64,000 nt of DNA from Alphaproteobacteria bacterium (GCA_035714115.1 DASTMO010000020.1:6073-70072); one strand, 5' to 3'. Counted from the stretch's first letter, positions 36,316 through 46,626 are shown. Translations and numbers: made by a program. Notes: generated by a model not told the origin, from the letters alone.

Positions 36316-37536
36316 TTGTCGGATTCGATTGTTTCGCCGCCGTCCCGCCGCACGCTTTACGCCTCTTACGCCGCGGGCCTGTTCAGCATGGGCCAAGCCG
36401 AGCTGTTGACGATGCTGGTGCCGCTCTGGGCGGTGCTGCAGGGCGTCTCGCCGACTCAGATCGGCATTCTGATCGGCGCGAAATCGATGATCACCTTTTT
36501 CCTGGCGATCCACGGCGGCGCGCTGATGGATCGGCTCGGCACTCGGCGGGTGATGCTGTTTTTCGCGGTGATTTCGGGATCGCTCGCGGCGCTTTACCCG
36601 GCGATGCCTTGGTTCCCGCTCATGGTCATGCTGCAGATGCTGATCGGTTTCGCCGGCAACATGTCGTGGATCGGCGCGCAGACCATCATCGCGCAGATCA
36701 CCAACGGCGATCCTGGGCTGATCGGCCGCTTCAGCTTCTTCGCGCGCATCGGCAATGTCATCGCGCCTTTGCTGATGGGCGCGTTGTGGGACTTCGCCGG
36801 ACCGACGATCTCGTTTCTCGGCGTCACTTTGTGGGCGGCCGCCATGCTCGCGGTCGTGGCGCAGATCGACAGCCGCCAATTCGCCGGCAGCATCACCGGC
36901 AGGGTCGGCTGGCGCGACGTCTTGCCCAGGCTCTCAGACTATATCGGTTCCTTCCGCCTGATCCTGCTGCCGTTGGTCGCCTTCACGCTGGCGATCTCCT
37001 TCATGCGCCATGCGACGAACGGTGTGGAGAATTCATTTCTCATCGTCTATCTGCGCGATGTCGGCTTCGCCGGCACCATCATCGGGGCGATGTTCTCGCT
37101 GGCGGAGGTGGTCAACAGTTTCGCGTCCTTGGCGGCCGGCCGTGTGGCGCGCTGGATGCCGATCCCCTGGCTGATGCTGCTGTTCACCACGCTGTCGATT
37201 CTCCTGCTGGCGATCACGCCGATGATGGGCGGCGCGCTCGTTTTGCTGGCGCTCGCTCACAGCCTGCGCCGCGCTTTCGAAGGGCTGGTGCAGCCGCTGA
37301 TGTTCTCGTTGCAAGCCAAGGCGGTGCCGGGCAACGTGCAAGGCTCCATCGTGGGCTTGCGCGTCACCAACAACCGTCTGTCGTCCATCATCACCCCGAT
37401 CATCATGGGACTGATCGTCGAGGCGGTCGGGATTCAGCAGGGGTTCATGGTGATGGGAGGATTCCTGCTCTGCCTCTGCGCCATCCTGGCGGTGATCGTC
37501 GCGCGCACGCGCAAGGTGTGGAGCGCGGAGCTCTAG
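36316..37536 (+). CDS. MFS transporter
   Basis: 406 aa with 12 predicted TM segments and MDRLGTRR in loop 2-3. TTG start. Divergent from the previous MFS gene. Confidence 0.8.
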   Translation: MSDSIVSPPSRRTLYASYAAGLFSMGQAELLTMLVPLWAVLQGVSPTQIGILIGAKSMITFFLAIHGGALMDRLGTRRVMLFFAVISGSLAALYPAMPWFPLMVMLQMLIGFAGNMSWIGAQTIIAQITNGDPGLIGRFSFFARIGNVIAPLLMGALWDFAGPTISFLGVTLWAAAMLAVVAQIDSRQFAGSITGRVGWRDVLPRLSDYIGSFRLILLPLVAFTLAISFMRHATNGVENSFLIVYLRDVGFAGTIIGAMFSLAEVVNSFASLAAGRVARWMPIPWLMLLFTTLSILLLAITPMMGGALVLLALAHSLRRAFEGLVQPLMFSLQAKAVPGNVQGSIVGLRVTNNRLSSIITPIIMGLIVEAVGIQQGFMVMGGFLLCLCAILAVIVARTRKVWSAEL

Positions 37537-37550
37537 GAGCTCCGCGCCTT

Positions 37551-38375
37551 TCACGCGTCGATGTCGATATGCGCGCCGTCGCCTTGGCCGCGCTGCCAAT
37601 AGCCGGCGGCTTTGATCCAGGCTTTCGGCAAGCGGAGCGTGTCCTGCGCGTAGGCGCGCAATTCGCGCACGATATTGGCCTCGCCGGCGATCCAGACGAA
37701 GCCATCGCCCGGCGGCGGCGTGAAGCCGGCGAGCTTGGCCAGCAGCAGCTCCGCGTCCCGTTCGCTCGGTTCGCCGCGCACCAGCCAGATCGGCGTCCAA
37801 TCGGCCTGCGTCTTGAACCGTTGTTCCTCGTAAGAGTGCACGATGGCCACCAGCGTCGTCACCGGCACGCCGGGACGCAGCTCTTCGACGCGTCGACCGA
37901 TGGCGGGCAGGGCGCTTTCGTCGCCGATCAGGAGATACCAGTCGAAATCGTCGGGCACGATCTGCGAGCCGCGCGGCCCGCCGATGTCGAGCTGATCGCC
38001 GACCTTGGCGTCGCGCGCCCATTCGGTCGCCGGGCCGTCGTCGTGCAAAGCGAAGTCGATGGTCAGCGTGCCGGCGGCGGTGTCGAAGGCGCGCGGCGTG
38101 AAATCGCGCATCACCGGCTTGCCGCTGTCGCTTTCGGCCGAAAAGAACACTTTCACATGATCGTCGGGCGCGGCGCTGACGAAATCCTTCAGCTCGGGCG
38201 AGACGAAATGCACGCGCATCATGCGCGGGGTCAGATGTTCGAGCCGGCTGACGGTCACCGTGCGGCGGCGCACTTCATGACGCACGCGCCGCATCTGATG
38301 CTTGGCATCGGTTTCCGTCGCGGCGTTGACGATTTCGTCAGCAAAGCGCCGACGCAGGCGGTCGATCTGGTTCAT
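37551..38375 (-). CDS. siderophore-interacting protein (FAD-binding_9/SIP family)
   Basis: 274 aa. RDFTPRAFD, LLIGDESALPAI and WIAGEA motifs are typical of ViuB/SIP ferric reductases. Confidence 0.85.
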   Translation of the reverse strand: MNQIDRLRRRFADEIVNAATETDAKHQMRRVRHEVRRRTVTVSRLEHLTPRMMRVHFVSPELKDFVSAAPDDHVKVFFSAESDSGKPVMRDFTPRAFDTAAGTLTIDFALHDDGPATEWARDAKVGDQLDIGGPRGSQIVPDDFDWYLLIGDESALPAIGRRVEELRPGVPVTTLVAIVHSYEEQRFKTQADWTPIWLVRGEPSERDAELLLAKLAGFTPPPGDGFVWIAGEANIVRELRAYAQDTLRLPKAWIKAAGYWQRGQGDGAHIDIDA

Positions 38376-38386
38376 GGAGAGCGTTC

Positions 38387-38992
38387 CTAGAGTCGTTCGA
38401 TCTTCTGCGCCGCTTCGTCGAGCAACGCGACCGCTTTCAGGACCATTTCCTTGTCCGAGCGGTCGGCGAGCTTGTCCATCAGCACGCTTTTGAGGTTGTG
38501 CATGGCGCGCCGCACCGGCGTCGCATCCGTGCGTTCGCGCAAGTCGGCGGCCTCGCCGAGGCGATTGAGGAGCGGCTTCACGGCCGCCGCATGTTCGGCG
38601 AGATAGGCTTTGCCGGCGTCGGTGATGGCGAAGGCCTTGCGTGCGCCGTCTCCCGCTTGTTCGGTCAGCTGGCTCATGTCGCTGAGCAAGGTGAGGGTGG
38701 GGTAGACCACGCCGGGGCTCGGGGCGTAGGCGCCGCCGCTCAGCTCTTCGATGGCGCGGATCAGGTCGTAGCCGTGGCGCGGCTGTTCGTTGAGGAGATG
38801 CAGCAGGATCAAGCGCAGCTCGCCGTTGTCGAACATCCGGCGACGGCCGCCGCCGCCATGATTGCTGCGGTGATCGTTGTGCGGGCCATGACGCCCGGCG
38901 CGCGGGCCGGCGAGGTTGTCGTGGTCGGACCAGTGGCCGCCGCGGCGCATGCCGTGACGTTCAAGTCTTTGATTGAGTTTGGAAAACTTCAT
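38387..38992 (-). CDS. PadR family transcriptional regulator with a Gly/His/Arg-rich N-terminal extension
   Basis: LRLILLHLLNEQPRHGYDLIRAIEELSGGAYAPSPGVVYPTLTLL is a PadR winged-helix domain. Start at MKFSK preferred; a GTG at 39022 is possible. Confidence 0.85.
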   Translation of the reverse strand: MKFSKLNQRLERHGMRRGGHWSDHDNLAGPRAGRHGPHNDHRSNHGGGGRRRMFDNGELRLILLHLLNEQPRHGYDLIRAIEELSGGAYAPSPGVVYPTLTLLSDMSQLTEQAGDGARKAFAITDAGKAYLAEHAAAVKPLLNRLGEAADLRERTDATPVRRAMHNLKSVLMDKLADRSDKEMVLKAVALLDEAAQKIERL

Positions 38993-39022
38993 AAGTGCGT
39001 CTCTTTGTTGTTTTAGACGCAC

Positions 39023-39067
39023 TCAAGATATATCTTAGAAGCATCTCCTTCAAGATATATCTTAGAA
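39023..39067. promoter_or_regulatory. duplicated 18-bp operator TCAAGATATATCTTAGAA (two copies, 27-bp spacing) upstream of padR
   Basis: Identical copies at 39023-39040 and 39050-39067. Each is centred on the perfect 12-bp palindrome AAGATATATCTT, in an AT-rich patch 31-75 nt upstream of the padR ATG. Confidence 0.6.
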
Positions 39068-39096
39068 AAAAAAGCGGCCGGGCATTACCCCGGCCG
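39066..39096 (-). terminator. intrinsic terminator of the ALS-like/aldehyde dehydrogenase operon
   Basis: On the minus strand, GCGGCCGGG gtaat GCCCGGCCGC is followed by eight T residues. Confidence 0.8.
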
Positions 39097-39118
39097 CTTC
39101 GATCGGAAAGTTTGCCGT

Positions 39119-40498
39119 TCAGCGGCGGCGCAGGACGATCATTTTCTCCTGGGTCATGTCGCGCATCGTGTAGGGGATGCCGCCCACGCCATAGCCGGAC
39201 TGCTTGCGGCCGGCGAAGGGCATCCAATCGACGCGGAAGGCCGTCGGGTCATTGACCATCACGGCGGAGGCGTCGAGCCGTTCGGCGGCGCGCAGGGCCG
39301 CGTCGATGTCCTGGGCGAAGATGCTCGCCTGGAAGGCCCAGTTCACGGCATTGGCGCGCGTGATCGCCTCATCGAGCGTCTTGAAGCTGGAGACGCAGAC
39401 GGCGGGACCGAACAACTCGTCCTGCGAGATGTCGCTATCGACCGGCGGATCGAGCACGATGGCGGGCAGCAGCGTGGTCTCGGAGAGGCGTCCGCCGCCG
39501 ATGACAGTGGCGCCTTCGGCCTTGGCCTCCTCGATCCAGCTCAGCACGCGCTCGGCCTCGCGCGGATGGATCAGCGGGCCGACGTCGGTGTCGGGCTTGG
39601 TCGGATCGCCGGTGCGCAGCTTGGCGACGCGCGCTTCGAGGCGCGCGACGAAATCCTTGCGAATGCTCTCGTGCACGAAGATGCGCTGGGTCGACACGCA
39701 GACCTGGCCGGCATGGTAATAGCCGCCCTTCACGATCGGCTCGATGATGCGATCGAGATCGGCGCTGGCATCGACGATGGCGGGGGCCGCGCCGCCGTGC
39801 TCGAGCGCCGAGCGCGCGCCCGGCGTCAGCTTGTGGTGCAGCATCCAGCCGACCTTCGGCGAGCCGATGAAGCTGAGGAAGGCGACGCGCGGATCGGTCG
39901 CCAGCTTTTCGGCGAGCGGCGTCGATTCCGGAATGAAGCTTTGCACCCAGCCTTCGGGCAGGCCGGCTTCGCGCGCGATGGCGACGAATTCGAGGCAAGA
40001 AAGCGGCGTCGGGCCGGCCGGCTTGATGATGACCGGGCAGCCGACCGCGATGGCCGGCGCGACCTGATGCACGATCAGGTTCAGCGGATGGTTGAACGCC
40101 GAGATGGCAGCGACGATGCCGATCGGCTCCTTCGTCGTGAAGGCCCAGCGCGATTCGCTGGCGGCGCTGAGACCCATCGGGATCTCCTTGCCGGTGAAGT
40201 TGCGCAGCTCGTCGGCGGCGTTGTGCACGCCGTCGATGGCGCGCGTCGTCTCGACGATGGCGTCGGGCAGGGGCTTGCCGCCCTCGCGCGCGATCTGCAT
40301 GGCGAGATGGTCACGCCGGCTCTCCATGATCGCGGCGATCTTACGCAGAATGGCGATGCGCTGGTGCGGCTTGAGCCAGCCGTCGCGGTCGGCGAGGAGC
40401 TTCTGCGCCGCCTGCAGCTTCTTTTCCAGCGCGGCGGCGTCCTCGGTCGGGATTTCCTTGATGAGCGCGCGATCGAATGCCTGGACAACCTGCAACAT
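39119..40498 (-). CDS. NAD(P)-dependent aldehyde dehydrogenase
   Basis: 459 aa with LEHGGAAP (catalytic Glu region) and GQVCVSTQR (catalytic Cys) motifs. Confidence 0.9.
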   Translation of the reverse strand: MLQVVQAFDRALIKEIPTEDAAALEKKLQAAQKLLADRDGWLKPHQRIAILRKIAAIMESRRDHLAMQIAREGGKPLPDAIVETTRAIDGVHNAADELRNFTGKEIPMGLSAASESRWAFTTKEPIGIVAAISAFNHPLNLIVHQVAPAIAVGCPVIIKPAGPTPLSCLEFVAIAREAGLPEGWVQSFIPESTPLAEKLATDPRVAFLSFIGSPKVGWMLHHKLTPGARSALEHGGAAPAIVDASADLDRIIEPIVKGGYYHAGQVCVSTQRIFVHESIRKDFVARLEARVAKLRTGDPTKPDTDVGPLIHPREAERVLSWIEEAKAEGATVIGGGRLSETTLLPAIVLDPPVDSDISQDELFGPAVCVSSFKTLDEAITRANAVNWAFQASIFAQDIDAALRAAERLDASAVMVNDPTAFRVDWMPFAGRKQSGYGVGGIPYTMRDMTQEKMIVLRRR

Positions 40499-40512
40499 GG
40501 CTTACTCCTTAC

Positions 40513-42165
40513 TTACTTCGGTTCGGTACCGAGCGATTGGCTGCGCAGCTCCTCGACGAGCACACGCATGTTCTCCGAATAGTCGATCGGCACGTCGATC
40601 AGATGCACGCCGCCGCCCTTGAAGGCCGATTCGAGGACCGGCTTCAGGTCGGCGACCGCGGTGACGCGCGTGCCTTTGGCGCCGTAGCTTTCGGCATATT
40701 TCACGAAATCGGGATTCTTGAAGGTCATGCCGAAGTCGGCGAAAGCATCGACCGCTTGCTTCCAGCGGATCATGCCGTAGGCGCTGTCGTTCAAGACGAC
40801 GACGACGAGATTGAGGCCGAGGCGCACCGCAGTCTCCATCTCCTGCGAGTTCATCATGAAGCCGCCGTCGCCGCAGACCGCCATGACGCGTTTGTCCGGA
40901 TGGAGGATGGCGGCCATCATCGCCGAGGGCAAGCCGGCGCCCATTGTGGCGAGGGCGTTGTCGAGCAGCAGCGTATTGGCCTGGTGGGTGCGGTAGTTGC
41001 GCGCGAACCAGATTTTATACATGCCGTTGTCGAGGCAGACGATGCCATCCTCGGGCATGACCGAACGGATGTCGGAGACGATGCGCTGCGGCGTGATCGG
41101 GAAGCGCGCTTCGTCGGCACGGTCGTTCAGCCGCGCGAGAATCTTCTGGCGCAGGTCGAGCAGCAGCTTGGCCTCGCCGAGCTTGCCCTCTAACCGGTCG
41201 GCCAAACCGAGCGCGCTGGCGCGGATGTCGCCGATCACTTCGGCATCGGGATGATAGACCTCCTCGACGTTGGCCGATTGATAGCCGACATGGATCACTT
41301 TCGGCCCGCCGTTATGCTTCATCAGGAAGGGCGGCTTCTCGATGGTATCGTGGCCGATGCAGATGATCAGGTCCGCCGCTTCGATGGCGTGATGGACGTA
41401 ATCGCGCTCGGACAGCGCCGCCGTGCCGACATAGAGGTTCGAGCCGCCGGTGACAGCGCCCTTGCCCATCTGGGTGTTGAAGAAGGGCAGGCGGCAGCGG
41501 CGGATGAACTCGGACAGCGCTTCGACGAGACGCGGGCGGTTGCCGGCGGCGCCGATCATCACCAGCGGGTTCTTGGCGGCGAGGATCATCTTGGCGGCAT
41601 GATCGAGCGCCTCGGCCGATGCGACCGGGCGTTCGAGCGGATGGCGCGCGATGATCGGCGCGTCGGCCTCTTCGCTGGCGACGTCCTCGGGCAGTTCGAG
41701 ATGCACCGGGCCGGGGCGCTCTTCCATCGCCACGCGGAAGGCGTCGCGCACGGTGGTCGGGATGCTGGCGGCGCTGACGATCTGGCGCGTCATCTTGGTC
41801 AGCGGCTTCATCGAAGCGACGACATCGACGATCTGGAACTGCGCCTGCTTGCGCGCGTGGATCGCCTTCTGGCCGGTGATCATGATCATCGGCATGGCGC
41901 CGAGATTGGCGTAGGCCGCACCGGTGGAGAAATTGAGCGCGCCGGGACCGAGGGTGGAGATGCAGACGCCGGGCCGCCCCGTCAGGCGGCCGTGGGTCGC
42001 GGCCATGAAGGCGGCGGCCTGCTCGTGGCGCGTCAGGATCAATTCGATCTTGGAATGGCGCAGGCTTTCGACGACATCGAGATTCTCCTCGCCGGGCACG
42101 CCGAAGATGCGTTCGACGCCCTCGTTCTCCAGGGCGGCGACGAGCAGGTCAGAACCTTTGGGCAT
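40513..42165 (-). CDS. acetolactate synthase-like ThDP enzyme (AlsS-like large subunit)
   Basis: 550 aa with GVERIFGVPGEENL and GDGGFMMNSQE ThDP motifs. 14 nt upstream of the aldehyde dehydrogenase gene. Confidence 0.85.
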   Translation of the reverse strand: MPKGSDLLVAALENEGVERIFGVPGEENLDVVESLRHSKIELILTRHEQAAAFMAATHGRLTGRPGVCISTLGPGALNFSTGAAYANLGAMPMIMITGQKAIHARKQAQFQIVDVVASMKPLTKMTRQIVSAASIPTTVRDAFRVAMEERPGPVHLELPEDVASEEADAPIIARHPLERPVASAEALDHAAKMILAAKNPLVMIGAAGNRPRLVEALSEFIRRCRLPFFNTQMGKGAVTGGSNLYVGTAALSERDYVHHAIEAADLIICIGHDTIEKPPFLMKHNGGPKVIHVGYQSANVEEVYHPDAEVIGDIRASALGLADRLEGKLGEAKLLLDLRQKILARLNDRADEARFPITPQRIVSDIRSVMPEDGIVCLDNGMYKIWFARNYRTHQANTLLLDNALATMGAGLPSAMMAAILHPDKRVMAVCGDGGFMMNSQEMETAVRLGLNLVVVVLNDSAYGMIRWKQAVDAFADFGMTFKNPDFVKYAESYGAKGTRVTAVADLKPVLESAFKGGGVHLIDVPIDYSENMRVLVEELRSQSLGTEPK

Positions 42166-42309
42166 GGTGGCATCCTGTGAGCGGCGCGGCCTTACGGGAC
42201 GGTAACCGCGGCGGGGAAAAGCGTCTGGCGATCAGATGGGGTGCGCGACGCGTCGAGACAACCGGCAATCTAACCCAGCGACTGCGATGATGAAAGGCGC
42301 GCGGGCTTT

Positions 42310-44043
42310 TTATGTTGGCGTTTTCGCGTCGCCGCGGAGCGTGGCAATAGCCTCATCGACTGAGCTCATGAATGTCGCCTCTGGCGGATGCAGGCCGTGG
42401 CCCCACAGCATCCGTTCCACGGCGGGCCGCGCGCCGGCCAGCACCAGGCGGGCCGATTGCGCGGCGGCTTTGCGGCGGAAGCCCTCGACCGCGCTTGCCG
42501 CCGTCGAATCGATGACGGTCACGGCGGAGAAATCGATGACATAGGCTTTGGGCTGCGCGCCGACGCGATCCAGCGCCGCCGCCACCGAGGCCGCCGCGCC
42601 GAAGAAGAACGCGCCGGAGATGCGATAGACGATAATATCGCGGTCGGTGACGGTGTCGGCCGCGTAGCGGTTGACATCACCGCCGTCCGCTCGGTCGGGC
42701 TCGATATGCGGCACGGCGGCCTCGACGGCGACCGATTGGCCCATCCGGTGGATGAACAGCAGCGAGGACAAAGCGAAGCCGGCGACGATGCCTTCGGTCA
42801 GGTCGCGGAAGATCGTGAGGATGAGCGTGACGATCAGCACAAAGGCCTCGCCGCGCGAGGTGCGCAGCAGTGCGACGATCTGGTGCCGCTCGACCATGTT
42901 CCAGGCGACGATGAGCAGCACGCCGGCCAGCGCGGCGAGCGGGATATAGCCGGCGAGCGGCGCGGCGATCCAGATGAACAGCAGAAGGAACAGCGAATGG
43001 AGCATGCCGGCGATCGGGCCGCGCGCACCGGAGCGCACGTTGGTCGCGGTGCGCGCGATGGTGCCGGTGACGCAGATGCCGCCGAACAGCGCCGAACCGA
43101 CATTGGCGATGCCTTGGGCGATCAGTTCACAGTTCGAGCGGTGCCGCCGCCCGGTCATGCTGTCGGCGACGACGGCTGACAGCAGGCTTTCGATGCTGCC
43201 GAGCAGGGCGAAGGCGGCGGCGTTCGGCAGCACGGCCATCAGCTTGGCCAGATCGAATGCGGGCAGGGCGGGGGCCGGCAGGCTGCTCGGCATGGCGCCG
43301 AAGCGGCTGGCGATGGTTTCGACCGGCAGATCGAGCAGCGCTGCGGCGAGCGTCGCGGCAGCGACGGCGAACAGCAGGTTCGGCCAGCGCGAATCGAGAC
43401 GTTTGATGCCGACGATCAGCGCCACTGTGAGCGCGGTGAGGCCGGCGGTTGCCGCATTGAGCGTCGGTCGCGCTTGCCACAGGGCTTCGAGCTTGGGCAT
43501 GAGGGCGGCCGGCTCGGCGCCCGGAAGCGTCAATCCGAACGCCTCCTTCAATTGGCTGGCGGCGATGATGATGGCAATGCCGGCGGTGAAGCCGACGGTG
43601 ACCGGGAAGGGGATGTATTTGACGAAGGTGCCGAGGCGCAGCGCGCCGGCCAAAGCCAGGAACAAGCCTGAGACGAAAGTGGCGAGCAACAGGCCGTCGA
43701 GCCCGTGCTGCAGCATGGTGGTGGCGACCAGCACGATGAAGGCGCCGGCCGGGCCGCCGATCTGGAAGCGGCTGCCGCTGAACAGCGAGACGAGGAAGCC
43801 GCCGACGATGGCGGTGTAGAGCCCGCGTTCGGGACCGACGCCCGAGGCGATGGCGATGGCCATGGAGAGCGGCAGGGCGACGATGGCGACGGTCAGCCCG
43901 GAGATGGCGTCGGCGCGCAAGGCGGCGAGGCCGTAGCCTTCGCGCAGCACGGTGATCAGCTTCGGCGTATAGAGCTCGGCGACGTTCGGCTCTGCGGGAT
44001 TTGCGCTCATCTCAACCCTCGACGGCTTTCCCCCGAAAGCCAT
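42310..44043 (-). CDS. SulP family anion transporter with C-terminal STAS domain
   Basis: 577 aa with the SulP TM core followed by a STAS-like tail (VIDFSAVTVIDSTAA). Confidence 0.88.
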   Translation of the reverse strand: MAFGGKPSRVEMSANPAEPNVAELYTPKLITVLREGYGLAALRADAISGLTVAIVALPLSMAIAIASGVGPERGLYTAIVGGFLVSLFSGSRFQIGGPAGAFIVLVATTMLQHGLDGLLLATFVSGLFLALAGALRLGTFVKYIPFPVTVGFTAGIAIIIAASQLKEAFGLTLPGAEPAALMPKLEALWQARPTLNAATAGLTALTVALIVGIKRLDSRWPNLLFAVAAATLAAALLDLPVETIASRFGAMPSSLPAPALPAFDLAKLMAVLPNAAAFALLGSIESLLSAVVADSMTGRRHRSNCELIAQGIANVGSALFGGICVTGTIARTATNVRSGARGPIAGMLHSLFLLLFIWIAAPLAGYIPLAALAGVLLIVAWNMVERHQIVALLRTSRGEAFVLIVTLILTIFRDLTEGIVAGFALSSLLFIHRMGQSVAVEAAVPHIEPDRADGGDVNRYAADTVTDRDIIVYRISGAFFFGAAASVAAALDRVGAQPKAYVIDFSAVTVIDSTAASAVEGFRRKAAAQSARLVLAGARPAVERMLWGHGLHPPEATFMSSVDEAIATLRGDAKTPT

Positions 44044-44185
44044 TCAAGACAGAGAAAGATTAACAGAAATTCAGCGCGAATTGCCGTGCATTCTTGCCGC
44101 CCCTGCCATGTTCAAATATGCGGACGGACTATGAGGGCGGCCGATCGTTTGGCCGCCCTCATCACCTGTGAATCGTTCAGCCGCT

Positions 44186-45622
44186 TTAAGGCAGCGCCGG
44201 CGCGGGCTTCGGCTCGGTCTGCGCTAAAGCCGCTTCCGCCGTTCTTTCCTGACGGCGTCCCAGCCACCAGGACAGCGCGATCCAGACCGCCGAGATCGGC
44301 ACCGCGACGGCGGAAATGCCGGCCATGGCGAGACCCAGTGTGCCCATGAGGGCGTAGGACCAGCTGCCGATCTGATCGCCGGCGCGATAGACCGCTGTGT
44401 CGAGGAAGCTCTTGGCCTTGTACTTGTCCTCGCGCGTGACCGTGGTGAAGAGCAATTCGCGCGCCGGGCGGGCGAAGGCGAAGTTGCTGACGCGGCGCAG
44501 CACCTGCACGCCGACCAGGACGGCGATGGTCGGCGCCAAAGCCAGGGCGGCGAAGCCGAGCAGGCTAATGACGGGGAGCGCGATCAAAGTCACGGCGACG
44601 CCGAGGCTGCGCAGCGCCCGGCTGGTGCAGAAGATCTGCAACGCCAGGGTGAGCACGTTGACGATCAGATCGACGTTGGCGAAGAAGGCCGTTCGTTCGG
44701 CGCGGCTGGAGAAGGCCGTGCTGACGATGTCGGCTTGCTGGAAGTAGAGGAATGTCGACGTAATCGCGTAGAGCAGCATGATGCCGCCGATGCCCGACAG
44801 GTATGGCGAGCGCAGCGTGTGCGTCAGCCCGGCCAGCACCGAGCCGCCGAGCGGCGTTTCCTGATCCTTGCCGCGCTCTGCCGGGGTGCGGTTGAAGCCG
44901 TCGCTGAGGCGCGACAGCCGCCGCACCGCTAGCACACCGATCTCCAAGAGCGCGATCGAGACGAACATCAGGTAGTTCTGGCCGATGGCTTCGACCAGCG
45001 TCGAGGTGATCGTCGAGCCGAGGATCGCGCCCATCGTCGCGCCGGCCGACAGGAAGCCGAACAGACGTTTGCCTTGGCCCGAATCAAAGACGTCGACGAT
45101 AAAGGCCCAGAAGATCGAGACGACGAACAGGTTGAAGACCGAGGCCCAGATGAAGAAGACGCGGCCCATCCAGACGTGATGCTCCGCCGGCGACAGTTCG
45201 AGATAGAGGGCGAAGAACAGCAAGTTCGCCATGAAGAAGCGGTAGGTGACGGTGATGAAGGTCCGTCGCGGCAGTTTCTTCACCAGGGCGGAGAACAACG
45301 GATTGACCGCCAGCATCGCCACCAGGGTGCCGGTGAACAGCCAGGCGAGGTTGTTCACGCCGCCTTGCACGCCCATTTCGTCGCGGATCGGCCGCAGCAC
45401 GTAATAGGAGCAGAGCACCGCGAAAATGAAGAGGCAGGACCAGAGCAGCGCCGCCACTTCGTTGGGGCGGACGTCGATGGTTTTGCGCAGCAGCCGGTGG
45501 ACGGCTCCGCCTTGCGGCTCTTCCGCCAAGGGGTCAGAGGCCGTCAATGAAGGCCTCCATGCGCTTGCGCATCGCCGCGTCCGGCAGGCGGCCTTGCGCC
45601 GCGCCGATGTTGTCGGTGACAT
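44186..45622 (-). CDS. MFS-like NTP/NDP-exchange (TLC/Npt1-like) transporter homologue; start uncertain
   Basis: Multi-TM protein with the N-terminal IDVRPNEVAALLWSCLFIFAVLCSYYVLRPIRDEMG pattern seen in AAA/TLC-family carriers. The annotated ATG overlaps the upstream gene by 88 nt; an in-frame TTG near 45547 is a plausible real start. Confidence 0.65.
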   Translation of the reverse strand: MSPTTSARRKAACRTRRCASAWRPSLTASDPLAEEPQGGAVHRLLRKTIDVRPNEVAALLWSCLFIFAVLCSYYVLRPIRDEMGVQGGVNNLAWLFTGTLVAMLAVNPLFSALVKKLPRRTFITVTYRFFMANLLFFALYLELSPAEHHVWMGRVFFIWASVFNLFVVSIFWAFIVDVFDSGQGKRLFGFLSAGATMGAILGSTITSTLVEAIGQNYLMFVSIALLEIGVLAVRRLSRLSDGFNRTPAERGKDQETPLGGSVLAGLTHTLRSPYLSGIGGIMLLYAITSTFLYFQQADIVSTAFSSRAERTAFFANVDLIVNVLTLALQIFCTSRALRSLGVAVTLIALPVISLLGFAALALAPTIAVLVGVQVLRRVSNFAFARPARELLFTTVTREDKYKAKSFLDTAVYRAGDQIGSWSYALMGTLGLAMAGISAVAVPISAVWIALSWWLGRRQERTAEAALAQTEPKPAPALP

Positions 45623-46451
45623 ATTCGGCGCGGGCCATGCCGGGCACGGCGCAGGTCACGGCCTCGTGCGAGACGAGATATTTGAGGAAGAACTGCGCCC
45701 AGCTCTTGCAGTCGAATTCGGCGGCCCAGTCGGGCAGAGGCTTGCCTTGCACGGCGCCGAATAGGCGGCTGCGGCCGAAGGGCAGGTTGATCATCACTGC
45801 CATGCCGCGATCCTTGGCGAGCGGGATCACGCGCTCGGCCGCGTTGCGGTTGTCGAGCGCGTAGTCGACCTGGATGAAGTCGAGCGTCTCGCGCTTCATC
45901 ATGGCTTCGAAATCGCCGTATTGGTTGTCGAACGAGGTGGTGCAGCCGACATAGCGGATGCGGCCGGCCTGCTTGAGCGCGCGCAACGTCGCGAGATGGA
46001 TCTCCGTGTCGCGCAGATTGTGCACAGCGATCAGATCGATCTTATCGGTGCGCAAACGCTTGAAAGATTGCTCGATCTGCGCGACGCCGGCCTCGCGGCC
46101 GCTGATGCTGACCTTGGTCGCGAGGAACAGTCCGGTGCGGCTCTTCTGCTCGTCGAGAATGCGGCCGACGACCTCTTCGGCGGTGCCGTAGGTCGGCGAG
46201 CTGTCGATCACCGTCGCGCCGACCTCCTTGAACTTGGCAAGCGTCTCGCGCAGCGGCGGCAGATCGGCGTCTGACTTGACCTCTTCGTAGCGCCGCGCGG
46301 TGCCGACGCCGACGACCGGGATCATTTCCCCGCTCGACGGAATGGCTTTGCGAATCAGGTTCGCACTCTGCGCGCTCAGGCGAACGGGCGCCAGGGCGGC
46401 CATGCCGATGGCGGCCGTGCCGAGCAGCAGGCCGCGACGTGTCATCTCCAT
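45534..46451 (-). CDS. aldo/keto reductase with a Tat-type signal peptide
   Basis: 305 aa. TRRGLLLGTAAIG is a twin-arginine leader; the body is an AKR fold (IDSSPTYG, IDLIAVHN). Confidence 0.8.
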   Translation of the reverse strand: MEMTRRGLLLGTAAIGMAALAPVRLSAQSANLIRKAIPSSGEMIPVVGVGTARRYEEVKSDADLPPLRETLAKFKEVGATVIDSSPTYGTAEEVVGRILDEQKSRTGLFLATKVSISGREAGVAQIEQSFKRLRTDKIDLIAVHNLRDTEIHLATLRALKQAGRIRYVGCTTSFDNQYGDFEAMMKRETLDFIQVDYALDNRNAAERVIPLAKDRGMAVMINLPFGRSRLFGAVQGKPLPDWAAEFDCKSWAQFFLKYLVSHEAVTCAVPGMARAEYVTDNIGAAQGRLPDAAMRKRMEAFIDGL

Positions 46452-46597
46452 CTCAATCCCCCATCAAGGCTTTTTATGAAAGGTAGGTGACAACGGGGCC
46501 GAGGCATTGGCAATGGACTTTGCAGGCGCGCCGGGCCTTTTCACGCGAGCGTGACGGCTCCTCTGCAAGACCAAGCCGAACGGGCGCTGCGAGATAG

Positions 46598-46626
46598 AAA
46601 AAGGGCGGTGGATCGCTCCACCGCCC
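46598..46626 (-). terminator. intrinsic terminator of pckG
   Basis: On the minus strand, GGGCGGTGGA gcga TCCACCGCCC is followed by TTTTTC. Confidence 0.75.

Noticed and set aside
42280-42309. Terminator downstream of the SulP gene (AAAGGCGCGCGGGCTTTTT)
   Set aside because: I could not draw a convincing stem. It has only a short GCGCGC self-complementary core.
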